Shown piece after piece: positions 37,227 through 46,061 of a stretch of 64,000 nucleotides of DNA. This DNA is from a virus. The notes below the pieces were generated by a model. That model was not told the origin of the DNA. It saw only the letters and a program-made list of their open reading frames with translations, and searched no databases. Location: positions 14,688 through 78,687 of the IMG/VR virus record IMGVR_UViG_3300021478_000022; one strand, given 5' to 3'. The translations under genes were made by a program, and so were the position numbers. The first letter of the stretch is position 1, and each line of letters opens with the position of its first letter.

Positions 37227-38369
37227 TCAGTTGCCTTGCGACCACCGATCCCACCCCGCGTCCGCGTACAACCGCACCGCGCTCAACTGCCGACCAATAT
37301 CCTCCAACTCCCCTTCCCTGAAGCATCGCCTTGCCAGTGCAGCCATGTCCTTGTGATCCACCCCATTGCACCCGAAGTCCCTTTCGAGTATCCCGTCCGG
37401 TCCGTCCGGCGGTTCATGGTGCCGGGGCTGTTTCTGCGAGTCCTTGATCCTGAACGCCAACCCGCTCATGTGCAGCCAGGGCGGACATTCGCAGTTGATG
37501 CACAGGTAGCCGTTCTGCGCCATCCTGACCCCCAGGTGCCCCTCGTAGAACGTGCACCCGTCCCGCCAGCGCCCCACCGCACGCCACGCATCCATGTTGA
37601 TGAGCGCCCACGCGGACGGACCCATTGCCCACGATGCGCCGCGCGTCCGGGGCCAGCCCCCCATGGCCTGCCAGCCCCATCCGAACTGCATCTCGGACCA
37701 CACCATCGCCCCGACCTCATGCCGCAGGATGGGGTCGCGCCATGTGCGGCGGATGATCTCGGGCCAGGTGTCCCCAAGGCCGGGTTCTTTGCACGTCTCC
37801 AGCGCCTTGTCGTGCATCCGCTGCCAACACCAGTAGCCGTCGTTCCAGTTGCCATCGTGATGCTCCGACCCGTAGAAACAGTCGCGCTGGGTGTCCCCGT
37901 TCTGGCCGAAGAACCCCTCCAGCCCGAGTTCGCACGGCATCACCTTGGCGCAGGCCAGATGCCACGCCTCGAAACTGGTGGTCATGCCAATGGCCCCGAC
38001 CTTGCGCCCTGACCACGTGCGCTCACCGATCTGGTCGAGGGCATCCATCGCGGTTTCAAGCCACCCCATGCTGGGCCTGACGGCATCTTCAATGAGGAAC
38101 GCCCATGGGGTCGTCACCAGACTCATCAGGTAGTTGAGGTTGTAGCTTATGCCGTAGGTCGGGCCGGGGTTATCAACCCATTCAACGTCATTGGGCTCGC
38201 AGACGCTAATCTGCCGCAGTTGGTCGTTGGGGTCGCTGCTGCCGTCGTCCGATACGATCTGCCGGTAGGGCAGCTTCGTGAACTTGCGGAGTTCCCGGAG
38301 GGAGACGCCAAGGTGCTTGTAGCTGTCGCCCAGCGTGGCGGTGACGACGGTGATGCGGTCGAGTGTCAT
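37227..38369 (-). CDS. GT2-family glycosyltransferase
   Basis: ITVVTAT, IVSDDGS, G...N.N, LIED. Confidence 0.75.
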   Translation of the reverse strand: MTLDRITVVTATLGDSYKHLGVSLRELRKFTKLPYRQIVSDDGSSDPNDQLRQISVCEPNDVEWVDNPGPTYGISYNLNYLMSLVTTPWAFLIEDAVRPSMGWLETAMDALDQIGERTWSGRKVGAIGMTTSFEAWHLACAKVMPCELGLEGFFGQNGDTQRDCFYGSEHHDGNWNDGYWCWQRMHDKALETCKEPGLGDTWPEIIRRTWRDPILRHEVGAMVWSEMQFGWGWQAMGGWPRTRGASWAMGPSAWALINMDAWRAVGRWRDGCTFYEGHLGVRMAQNGYLCINCECPPWLHMSGLAFRIKDSQKQPRHHEPPDGPDGILERDFGCNGVDHKDMAALARRCFREGELEDIGRQLSAVRLYADAGWDRWSQGN

Positions 38370-38384
38370 ATTTGGCCTAATCCT

Positions 38385-38750
38385 CTAATTCAAAGGCGAT
38401 GTCATGGGACCGTACCACTTGGTCTTTCCGTCAAGGTTCGCTTTGTCGACTGTTATCTCGTCGCCATTGCCAAAACGGACCACGCCGTTAGCAACGCAGA
38501 CTATGGTGGAACATGGGTCGAACGGGCGCTTTATCCAGTACCAGCCACTTGCGAACCGTTTCCCATCGGCGGACGCTTGTCCCTTTAGCTTCTCGACCTC
38601 TGCCTTCAGTTCGCTGTTCGTCCTGTAAAGCCTTGTCAACTCAAGCTGCGATACCGCATAATTTCGGCACATAATCTCAATCGACTTGGCCAGCGTAAGC
38701 GGCTCGATGGTTTCCGGTTCGTCCATTGCTTGTCGGTCGGGTTGCATCAT
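38385..38750 (-). CDS. hypothetical protein
   Basis: 121 aa. Confidence 0.5.
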   Translation of the reverse strand: MMQPDRQAMDEPETIEPLTLAKSIEIMCRNYAVSQLELTRLYRTNSELKAEVEKLKGQASADGKRFASGWYWIKRPFDPCSTIVCVANGVVRFGNGDEITVDKANLDGKTKWYGPMTSPLN

Positions 38751-38890
38751 ATCCCAGACTTCCTCTTCTTGTCCCAGTAGGGACTACGGCACTTGGCGCA
38801 ACGTGTCGGTCTGCCATTTCTGCGAGGTGTCCACGAGCACCCGCAGCGCTGACATTTCACCTTCGGCAGCTTTACGCTTGTGGTGTCCAT
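38747..38890 (-). CDS. 47-aa Zn-ribbon protein (below the track cutoff)
   Basis: KCQRCGCSWTPR...PTRCAKCRSPYWD. Confidence 0.65.
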   Translation of the reverse strand: MDTTSVKLPKVKCQRCGCSWTPRRNGRPTRCAKCRSPYWDKKRKSGI

Positions 38891-38901
38891 ATCTGGATAC
38901 C

Positions 38902-38931
38902 ACTATACGCCACGTCCTATCCCTTCGTCAA
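38902..38931 (-). promoter_or_regulatory. sigma70-type promoter candidate
   Basis: TTGACG-18-TATAGT. Confidence 0.6.
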
Positions 38932-40193
38932 GCCTGATACCGCAAAATCGCTGACGCCACTTCTTCCGACGGGATCATGGCCATACATTTTGGCGCAGGC
39001 GGCTCGGTCAGCACTGGGTTCATGCACAGGTCACCGTCCTTCTCCGACCCGTCGTTCAGCGGCACCGTGCGCGACTTCCAGCAGGCTGTGGTGCGGCAGC
39101 AGTCCAGCGCCCCCACGGTCGAGAACAGCGTCTGGAGCGGGTAGGTCGTCCAGTGCCGTGGTTCCCTTGCCCCTCCGATGGTCACGGCAGGTTTCTCCAG
39201 AGCTGCCGCGAGGTGCTGGAGCATCGTCACCCCCGACAAGACCCCCTGTGAGTGGTAAACGAGCCGCACGAGCTGTCTGAGGCTGGTCTTGCCCAAGAAG
39301 TCGATGACCCCGCGCAGAGGCTTGTGGATGTGCTCGTGCGACCCAACCTGCACGAACAGCACCTTCCCTTGCAAGCGATCCACCACCTCCTGATAGAAGG
39401 GGTACTGCTTGGCAGTGTAGTCGGACTTCACTCCGGCGTTGACGAGCCAGAATTTCTGGTCGCGCTTGGTCGCCTCGGTCACCTGATTCATCCACGACTT
39501 CTCCTCCGGCGAGAGCCACAGCATCGGCCGATTCGTGTGGCACTTCAGCGGCACCTGTAGCGCCTCCCCCAAGAACTCGGTGTACGCCTCAAGGAAGTGG
39601 ATGGCGCGCTGGTTCGACTCGTGGATCGCCGGGTAGTGTACGACCACCTCCTCGGCGCCCATCGCCTTGGCCGTCTCCACCGTAACCACGTCGGGGTTGT
39701 GCTCCCAGAACTCCGGGGCGCTCGTCTCCACAGCCGTGATGAACCTTCCGGGGTGCTGCTTGTGGAGGCTGTAGACCCCGGCCGTCATGCACAAGACGTC
39801 GCCGGGTGAGAGCATGTGACGGAGGAGGAGGACTCGTGGTGCTTGGGTCATGACTTTCGGCCTGTAAATGCACTGGGAACAGTCGGTCAGGGTCACATGG
39901 TCGTTGCGGTTGGGCTGGCGGCGCCCCGGACACTTGCACTCGAACAGGTCGAGGAACTTCGACCCGCCGCACTGGACGCACTCGCGCTTCTGGATCTCGC
40001 CCTTCTCATCGCGGACGCGCTTCCAGAGGTAGGGGCAGCGTTCCACCTTGACACCGTGGACGCCGCTGCCGCCCCAGAGGCGGTTGTAGTCGGGATTGGT
40101 GTGGTACAGGTAGCAAAGGCGGCAAAAATCCGTGCTGTACGGCTGGCCGTCTGGCGGTATCCGGTCGCAGGCGCAGGGTCTCACAGCGTCCAT
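38928..40193 (-). CDS. GT9 (ADP-heptose transferase-like) glycosyltransferase with Cys-rich N-terminal domain
   Basis: LSPGD, HNPDV, G.KSDYTAK, FVQVG, GKTSLRQLVRLV, HLAAAL; ~110-aa Cys-rich leader. Confidence 0.82.
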   Translation of the reverse strand: MDAVRPCACDRIPPDGQPYSTDFCRLCYLYHTNPDYNRLWGGSGVHGVKVERCPYLWKRVRDEKGEIQKRECVQCGGSKFLDLFECKCPGRRQPNRNDHVTLTDCSQCIYRPKVMTQAPRVLLLRHMLSPGDVLCMTAGVYSLHKQHPGRFITAVETSAPEFWEHNPDVVTVETAKAMGAEEVVVHYPAIHESNQRAIHFLEAYTEFLGEALQVPLKCHTNRPMLWLSPEEKSWMNQVTEATKRDQKFWLVNAGVKSDYTAKQYPFYQEVVDRLQGKVLFVQVGSHEHIHKPLRGVIDFLGKTSLRQLVRLVYHSQGVLSGVTMLQHLAAALEKPAVTIGGAREPRHWTTYPLQTLFSTVGALDCCRTTACWKSRTVPLNDGSEKDGDLCMNPVLTEPPAPKCMAMIPSEEVASAILRYQA

Positions 40194-40879
40194 GTCAGGG
40201 TCCCTGAAACGTTGCCGCAGAGGCACGGCGATTGGCCTAGTTCCTTCACCTGATCGAACCGAACCAGGAATGACTGTGGGGTGTCGCAGTTCGCCACCGC
40301 AGGCGGCTCAGCGATGTACTGGATGTTGCTGAAGTCGACGGCGCAAGTGAAAGCCCTCCACTGACTCCCGGAGCACTGCAAGCCCACCCGACACTGGCTT
40401 ATGAGCCCGCTGGTCTGGTTGGACACCCAGGCGTTCAGGGACGGCTGGAACGCTGCGGTGAGGGTCTGGTTGCAGTTGAAGGTGTTGCCGATGGTCACAT
40501 GGATGGTTCCCGGCAGGCTGCAGTTGCACGACAGGCTCGACGCGCTGGGGAACGACCCCACCGAGGTCGCCGACGAACTACCCACCGAAGCACAGCAGAG
40601 TGAGTTGTTCAGGATCTGGAACTGACACGTCGTCCCGGAGATCACCACGGGGGGCCAGAAGATGTTATCGCAGGTCGAGCGCGGATCGTCGTACACCAGC
40701 TGGTTCGTGCCGTCCGAGCCGATGATGGACAGGACGTACCCTCCCGGCACTCCGGTGGCGTTGGTGATCTGGATGACGTACAGGACACCGCCGACCAAGA
40801 CGTAGCCGTTGTAGTTGCCGTCCGAGTCGACAATCATGCAAACCTGAAAGGGGACGCAGGGTAGCGCCATGGGGAACAC
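40181..40879 (-). CDS. Cys-rich putative virion protein with Ser linker
   Basis: CC-ASVGSSSATSVGSFPSASSLS-C; the C-terminal domain resembles that of 40880-41920. Confidence 0.65.
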   Translation of the reverse strand: MFPMALPCVPFQVCMIVDSDGNYNGYVLVGGVLYVIQITNATGVPGGYVLSIIGSDGTNQLVYDDPRSTCDNIFWPPVVISGTTCQFQILNNSLCCASVGSSSATSVGSFPSASSLSCNCSLPGTIHVTIGNTFNCNQTLTAAFQPSLNAWVSNQTSGLISQCRVGLQCSGSQWRAFTCAVDFSNIQYIAEPPAVANCDTPQSFLVRFDQVKELGQSPCLCGNVSGTLTWTL

Positions 40880-41920
40880 TCAGAAGGTTATTCTAACGTC
40901 GATACCAGCAATCGTTGGTATACAGTTGCAGGCCACCGGCAAACTGGTGGCCTCAAGAACGAACGGGCTACAGTTGGACACCAGTCCGGTAGACTCCTGT
41001 CCGTTGATAATCAGATGCCATATCCCACCACCACTGGTCGGTTGACACTTCACTGCAAAGGTGGGAGCGCTCGACGTTGGGCACAATCCCAGCACCGAGA
41101 AGTTTTCCCACTGGTTGGTCGTCGGGTTGTAGGTCAGGGTATAAGTCCCATTGCAGTTTGTCGTGCCCGTGACCGTGGCGAAGATCGTGTTCGGGACCGT
41201 CAATCCTGGACAGCACGTCTGGTTACCGCTGCTGGACGAGGACTGGCTGGGCAAGCTGCTCTGGAAGCTGCTGGACGAACTGAGCAGACTGCTTGGCTGA
41301 CTACTGACACTCGAACTGGACGATGAACAGATCGGTGTCACCAGCAGGCAAAACTGGGTCCGCAGGTTGCAACTGCTCGCAGAAAACTGACTGGAAATCT
41401 TGCTGGTGACGCTCGACACGACGCTGGTCACCGAACTCGACGGCTGGCCGCTCGTGATGGACGTAGGGGACGAAGGCACCGACACGGCACTGCTGGGTTG
41501 GCTGGGCTGACTCACCTGACTCGACGTCACACTGGAGACGTGCGACACGACCGAACTGACAGATGACAGAGCCGACGAGACGAACGATGACTTCTGCGAA
41601 CTGGCACTCGACCCCGATATGGACGAGAACGACCCCCGTCCCACACAGCAGATCAGCGAGACGACGTAGAGCGGCAGTCCGTTGAAATTCCCCACCAGTC
41701 GCGCCCGGTAGGTGCCGCGCGGGACAGGTACGCCATTCGGCTCGAATACCCAGCCTGCCTCCCGGTCCCTGAGCGTTGGCACCCCACCAGCAGCCTGCTG
41801 GTTCTGGCATGGGTAGACGGAGCCTTGTGCCGGTCCCGTGACGCGGATGACGCTCGGGACGACCGGATAGACGGGCTGGCGCGGTCCGAAGAACGGGGGG
41901 ACAAGGTTGGTTGACAGCAT
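40880..41920 (-). CDS. mucin-like Ser-rich putative virion protein
   Basis: ~135-aa Ser/Val/Gln/Thr-rich tract between two domains. Confidence 0.7.
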   Translation of the reverse strand: MLSTNLVPPFFGPRQPVYPVVPSVIRVTGPAQGSVYPCQNQQAAGGVPTLRDREAGWVFEPNGVPVPRGTYRARLVGNFNGLPLYVVSLICCVGRGSFSSISGSSASSQKSSFVSSALSSVSSVVSHVSSVTSSQVSQPSQPSSAVSVPSSPTSITSGQPSSSVTSVVSSVTSKISSQFSASSCNLRTQFCLLVTPICSSSSSSVSSQPSSLLSSSSSFQSSLPSQSSSSSGNQTCCPGLTVPNTIFATVTGTTNCNGTYTLTYNPTTNQWENFSVLGLCPTSSAPTFAVKCQPTSGGGIWHLIINGQESTGLVSNCSPFVLEATSLPVACNCIPTIAGIDVRITF

Positions 41921-41921
41921 G

Positions 41922-42875
41922 TCATTTGAAGGTCGTCACGATTCCCGCCCACGATGCTTGGGTCAGTCCCGACAGGGAGGCACTTGGCGCCGTGGTGTTC
42001 GACAGGACGCGATAACCCTCCGCCACCGCTATCGCTGTCCCGGTGATGGATTCGGTCACGTCTTCCCCACCGGGCGTGAACCCGCCGCCCCACGAGTACG
42101 CCCCAGAATACCCCATCAGGAGGAAGGATGCCTCCACATATTCGCTCGGAGTGGTCGTCGTGCCCGTGCCAGCGGTGGGAGTAGAGGTCATGCCGTTGCC
42201 GACGCCGTTCAGGTCCTTGACGCCAGTGATGCCTTTCACCTGAACCGCTTGGATCGTGATAGCCGCGGCGATGCCGCTGGCGGCGAATGCCTCTATATCC
42301 CCCGTCAGACCTCCCCCTATCGTCCAGCAGCCTATCAGCGATGTTTGCGATGGTGTGTTGACGGCGTTCTGCAAGGTCATCGGCAGACCGCCGTAGTAGA
42401 GCTGCAAGCCCTCGTTCTGTCCCACCAGCGTCGCTGTGACCAGCAGCATCGTCCCTGGCGCTGTGGTGATGCTCGGCAGCGTCAGTTGGGTCACAGCGAC
42501 AGCCTGAGCCGTGCCAAGGTTGGTGCGAACGATGCCGGGGAGCGCCGCTGCGGAGGAAGTGCTGCTGGACGAGGAGCTGGCACTGCCGCCCAGCGGGCAG
42601 CAATTCGTGACGTAGAGGGGCAGCCCGGCGTAGTTGGTCACAAGGCGACCATCGTAGTAACCGGGTCCCAGCACGATGCCGTTGGGCTCCATGACGTACA
42701 CAGGCACCCGGTCGCGCGGGGTCAGGCCGTTGAACTGCACAATGAAGGCCGGGTAGACGTTGGCCCCCAAGATGGCTGGAGCGTAGATGCGCAGGATCTC
42801 GTTCACCTGCGGGTAGATGGGCTGCTCTTGCCCCAAGAATGGCTGCGTCAGGTCGGTGGAGTCGGCGATCTGCAT
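41922..42875 (-). CDS. putative tail/fibre protein with poly-Ser linker
   Basis: N-terminal domain paralogous to 40880-41920; SASSSSSSTSS; beta-rich C-terminal domain. Confidence 0.7.
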   Translation of the reverse strand: MQIADSTDLTQPFLGQEQPIYPQVNEILRIYAPAILGANVYPAFIVQFNGLTPRDRVPVYVMEPNGIVLGPGYYDGRLVTNYAGLPLYVTNCCPLGGSASSSSSSTSSAAALPGIVRTNLGTAQAVAVTQLTLPSITTAPGTMLLVTATLVGQNEGLQLYYGGLPMTLQNAVNTPSQTSLIGCWTIGGGLTGDIEAFAASGIAAAITIQAVQVKGITGVKDLNGVGNGMTSTPTAGTGTTTTPSEYVEASFLLMGYSGAYSWGGGFTPGGEDVTESITGTAIAVAEGYRVLSNTTAPSASLSGLTQASWAGIVTTFK

Positions 42876-44119
42876 TACACGAACCCTGTGAGCCCCTTGA
42901 GATTGATGGGGAAAAGAGCCTCATCGAATACGAATCCCCTGATTATCTGGGTCCGCCAACCAGCCCGCCGTTCGTCCTCAATGCCCAGCTTGTAGGTCTG
43001 GTAGTACCTGACCCCATCGACCTGACTTCCAGTCACGAACGGCAGCACCCCCGTGTACACTTGGCTCATGAACCCCGCCGTGGCGCGATAAATCCGGTTG
43101 TAGAAGTTCGACACGTCCTGCGCCGCGATAGCCGCTGCCGTAGCCACATCCGCCGCCAGAGGCAGGCCGTTGACGTCGTACCGGACCGTGAAATACGACC
43201 ACAGATACCCCGTCCCCGCTGCACTGGCGAACTGCGCCGGGGCCGGGACGTTGAGCGAGTAGAGCGGCGTCAGTTGCCACTGGAGCGAGTCACTCCGCAC
43301 AGTTTCTTCGGTTCCGTACCATTGATTCCTGCGGTGGAAGTAGACCGTCACGGACGATGGGGCGCGTCCCGACCCCACGTCGATGTACTCCATGTCGTCT
43401 TCGAGGTCGCCGAAGAACTGCGTCTGCTTCGCCGTGAAGGCCCCATCCGGCGCGCCAGCAGCGACGATGGTGTAGGGGGCCGCTTTGGTCAGGTCCTCTG
43501 CGATGGTGAACCCGAGGTAGTCCATGATCTGGTTCAATGCTTCCCAGGCTGAAACCCCCGGAAAGATGAACCCTTCTGGGGTCCCGGTGACCGATTGGGG
43601 TAGGCCGGGGAAAGGCCCCAGGAACTGCACCATTTGCGCCCAGAGGTCAGCTATCATCGAAGCCCAGGTCCAGTTCACCCCTCCGTAGAACGTGCCCGGA
43701 TAGGCCGGCGCCTGCACGTTGTACTGGCTCACCGTGGGGAACTGAAACCAGGGGTTGTAGAGCACCCCCTGCTGATCGGTGATCTGCACGAGGTAGAGCG
43801 CATCGGGGTCCGCCGCCTGCCCCCGGCTGACACAGCGCGACTGCACGATGGTCAGACCCGTGAAGATCAGCGGCGGGTTGTGCAAGTCGTCGAACTGGAG
43901 TTCGAGGTTCGTGAAGTAGGGGTTGATGGTGTTCAGGTCGGATCGCTTGAGAAGTATCCAGCCCACGGTGGGCCAGCGCCCGGAGGGGATGTAGAGGGAG
44001 TTGGCCTTGTCGAGGTCGGGTAGGGCATCGCGGTGGTAGTAGGACCGGGCTTCGCGCACGAGGCGCGGGTCCTGTAATTCCACCCCCTGCGTACCAGCGA
44101 ACCCGAAAGTATTGGCCAC
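42875..44119 (-). CDS. putative tail/baseplate structural protein
   Basis: GTG start with a GAGG RBS; structural-gene composition and context. Confidence 0.55.
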   Translation of the reverse strand: MANTFGFAGTQGVELQDPRLVREARSYYHRDALPDLDKANSLYIPSGRWPTVGWILLKRSDLNTINPYFTNLELQFDDLHNPPLIFTGLTIVQSRCVSRGQAADPDALYLVQITDQQGVLYNPWFQFPTVSQYNVQAPAYPGTFYGGVNWTWASMIADLWAQMVQFLGPFPGLPQSVTGTPEGFIFPGVSAWEALNQIMDYLGFTIAEDLTKAAPYTIVAAGAPDGAFTAKQTQFFGDLEDDMEYIDVGSGRAPSSVTVYFHRRNQWYGTEETVRSDSLQWQLTPLYSLNVPAPAQFASAAGTGYLWSYFTVRYDVNGLPLAADVATAAAIAAQDVSNFYNRIYRATAGFMSQVYTGVLPFVTGSQVDGVRYYQTYKLGIEDERRAGWRTQIIRGFVFDEALFPINLKGLTGFV

Positions 44120-44129
44120 ATGCCATTCC

Positions 44130-46061
44130 TCAGACTGTCGGCCCATCCGCCTCAAGCTGCGCCACCGCCGCCGTGACGGCACCGGACTTCACCTTGAAGT
44201 GTTCTACCAGAAGTTCGATGCCCGTGTTCGCCGACATGAGAGCGGCGTTCAAGGTCGAGTCAAAGAAGTAGTCCCCCACCAAAAAGATGCCGGGGTGCTC
44301 AACGGGTTCCGGGCTGTGTTCGCCCCGCAATTCCTCCGCTGGCCATGAACCCGGCTGCGCATTGATTGCCCCGACGTACCTATCAACCTGCGCCTCGACC
44401 AGTTGATCCTCCGCATCGTCGCGCATGAACGGTGGTAGGGATTCGAGGACGTGGTTCACGATGCACTCGTCGTCCTGATTCGCCGAGCACATGAGCAGCG
44501 CGTCCCCGCCCGCCAAGAGGAAGCTGAGGACGTGACCACCTTGCGCCGCACGCTGCCTCAGCACCTTCTCCTGCCTGTTGGCGCGCTCGTGGGCCTTGGC
44601 GTAGGAGGAGTCGTTTTCCGCCATGTCGCGGCGCTCGACGGCCTCGTGGTAGCAGATGTACTTCCAGTCCTCAAGGTCCAGCCGGTCGTCGATCCAGATG
44701 TGCATGGGCGGCATGTAGTCCTCGCCGCGTGCGAGCAGTTCGAGGTCGTTGGCCCCTTCCACCATGTCCATGTCGTGCTCGATCTTCACCTTGTCGCCGT
44801 CCACGATCTGCACGGTGATGCCTTCCAGTGCCCCGACCGTGTGCGGCAGGTTCTCCGGTTTCTCTCCGGGCATCATCGCCACGATCTCCTGCCACAGCTT
44901 CTCATCCACCTTCACCTTCGTGGACTTCTGGTGCTTGGCCCAGCGCGTCGAGTCGTCGTAACAGCACAGGCCGTTCATCATGTCCATCATCCAGAACTCG
45001 CCCGGCAGCTTCAGCTTCTCCCACCACTTCGTCCGGAACAGCATCGACACCCGGAGGTAGTGCGCTGGGAGGTCGTAGTGGGCGCAGACCTCGTGAATCG
45101 CGTCCGCCAGTTTCCCTTCCCACTGGATGGTCCTGAGCCAGTGGTTCGGGAGAGCGACCACCACCGCGTCGAAGTCCTCGAAATGCTCCGCGATGTAGTC
45201 CTGACCCGACTCGCGAGTGAACACCCGGTAGTTCCCGTCGATCTTCGCTATCCGCGTGACCCGATGGCAGGTCTTGACCTCCGCGTCAATCTTCGCGGAC
45301 AGCGCCTCCGGGATGCGGCCGATGCCACCGACGACGTGGTAGAGCTGCATATAGTCGTCGTTGTCCATCAAGATGTTCTTGATCCCGTTCAGGCCGTTGC
45401 AGGTGTGACTCTCGGTGGCCAGGTCGGTATGCACCGCCGTCTCGATGAAGTCGCGGGCCACCTTGTCGTCCCCAACCTCCTCCATCAGGCACTCGCGGAA
45501 GGTCTTGGGCGCCCACGGATGCTCGTTGTCCGGCTGCCAGCGGTGGGCGTACTTTTCCAGGGGCATCAGTTCGACCATCTTCGCGTGGAACGCCTCGATC
45601 CGCTTCCGCGTGTCGTAGCCGTGTACCTTCTCCACCTCGTCCAGGTCCCTCAGCACCTCGCCCTTCAGGATCACCGCGCCACCGGCTATGTCTACCGTTT
45701 CCAGTCCCAAATCCTTCTCGATCAGGAGGCGCATGGGGTCCTTGCCACCGGGTCCCAGGTACTCGTACAGTTCCGCGACACCCGCCTCGAAGAGGGTGCC
45801 GTCCGAGAACTCGTCGGTCATGATCTTGCCGCCGACCTCCTCGTCCGCCTCGAAGATGGTCACGTTGGCGTCGGGCAGGCGCTGGTTGATGATGTAGGTC
45901 GCGAACAGCCCACCCGGTCCCCCTCCGATGACGGCAACGCGGGGGCCGTCTTTCTGTTTGGGGGCGCGCTTCTTGCGCGGGGCGATGCGGGTCCAGCGGC
46001 CTGGGCCTGATGCGGTCCAGCCTGAGCCGGTGGGAGGTTCGGAGCCGTAGTGCTCATCCAA
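44130..46061 (-). CDS. FAD-dependent oxidoreductase (flavin amine oxidase-like) with inserted domain
   Basis: VAVIGGGPGGL, E....VGGKI, EAG, C-terminal IFLVGDY...TLNAAL.SA; ~130-aa insertion containing HEAVE. Confidence 0.8.
   Translation of the reverse strand: MDEHYGSEPPTGSGWTASGPGRWTRIAPRKKRAPKQKDGPRVAVIGGGPGGLFATYIINQRLPDANVTIFEADEEVGGKIMTDEFSDGTLFEAGVAELYEYLGPGGKDPMRLLIEKDLGLETVDIAGGAVILKGEVLRDLDEVEKVHGYDTRKRIEAFHAKMVELMPLEKYAHRWQPDNEHPWAPKTFRECLMEEVGDDKVARDFIETAVHTDLATESHTCNGLNGIKNILMDNDDYMQLYHVVGGIGRIPEALSAKIDAEVKTCHRVTRIAKIDGNYRVFTRESGQDYIAEHFEDFDAVVVALPNHWLRTIQWEGKLADAIHEVCAHYDLPAHYLRVSMLFRTKWWEKLKLPGEFWMMDMMNGLCCYDDSTRWAKHQKSTKVKVDEKLWQEIVAMMPGEKPENLPHTVGALEGITVQIVDGDKVKIEHDMDMVEGANDLELLARGEDYMPPMHIWIDDRLDLEDWKYICYHEAVERRDMAENDSSYAKAHERANRQEKVLRQRAAQGGHVLSFLLAGGDALLMCSANQDDECIVNHVLESLPPFMRDDAEDQLVEAQVDRYVGAINAQPGSWPAEELRGEHSPEPVEHPGIFLVGDYFFDSTLNAALMSANTGIELLVEHFKVKSGAVTAAVAQLEADGPTV

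Noticed and set aside
23199-40193. Cluster as host chromosomal LPS locus flanking a prophage
   Set aside because: The genes are interleaved with phage-type small ORFs and an HNH, overlap structural genes, and no att site, integrase or housekeeping genes are seen
41228-41632. Repetitive DNA as a CRISPR array or DGR repeat
   Set aside because: It is Ser-codon low complexity within a CDS; there is no constant repeat-spacer unit and no reverse transcriptase in the window
44541-44936. Insertion as an intein
   Set aside because: No Cys/Ser start or His-Asn end, and no splicing blocks recognised
44451-46010. 519-aa plus-strand ORF (likewise 14816-16165, 24847-26019, 41907-42995, 59467-60360)
   Set aside because: Antisense shadows of well-supported minus-strand genes in GC-rich DNA; no recognisable motifs
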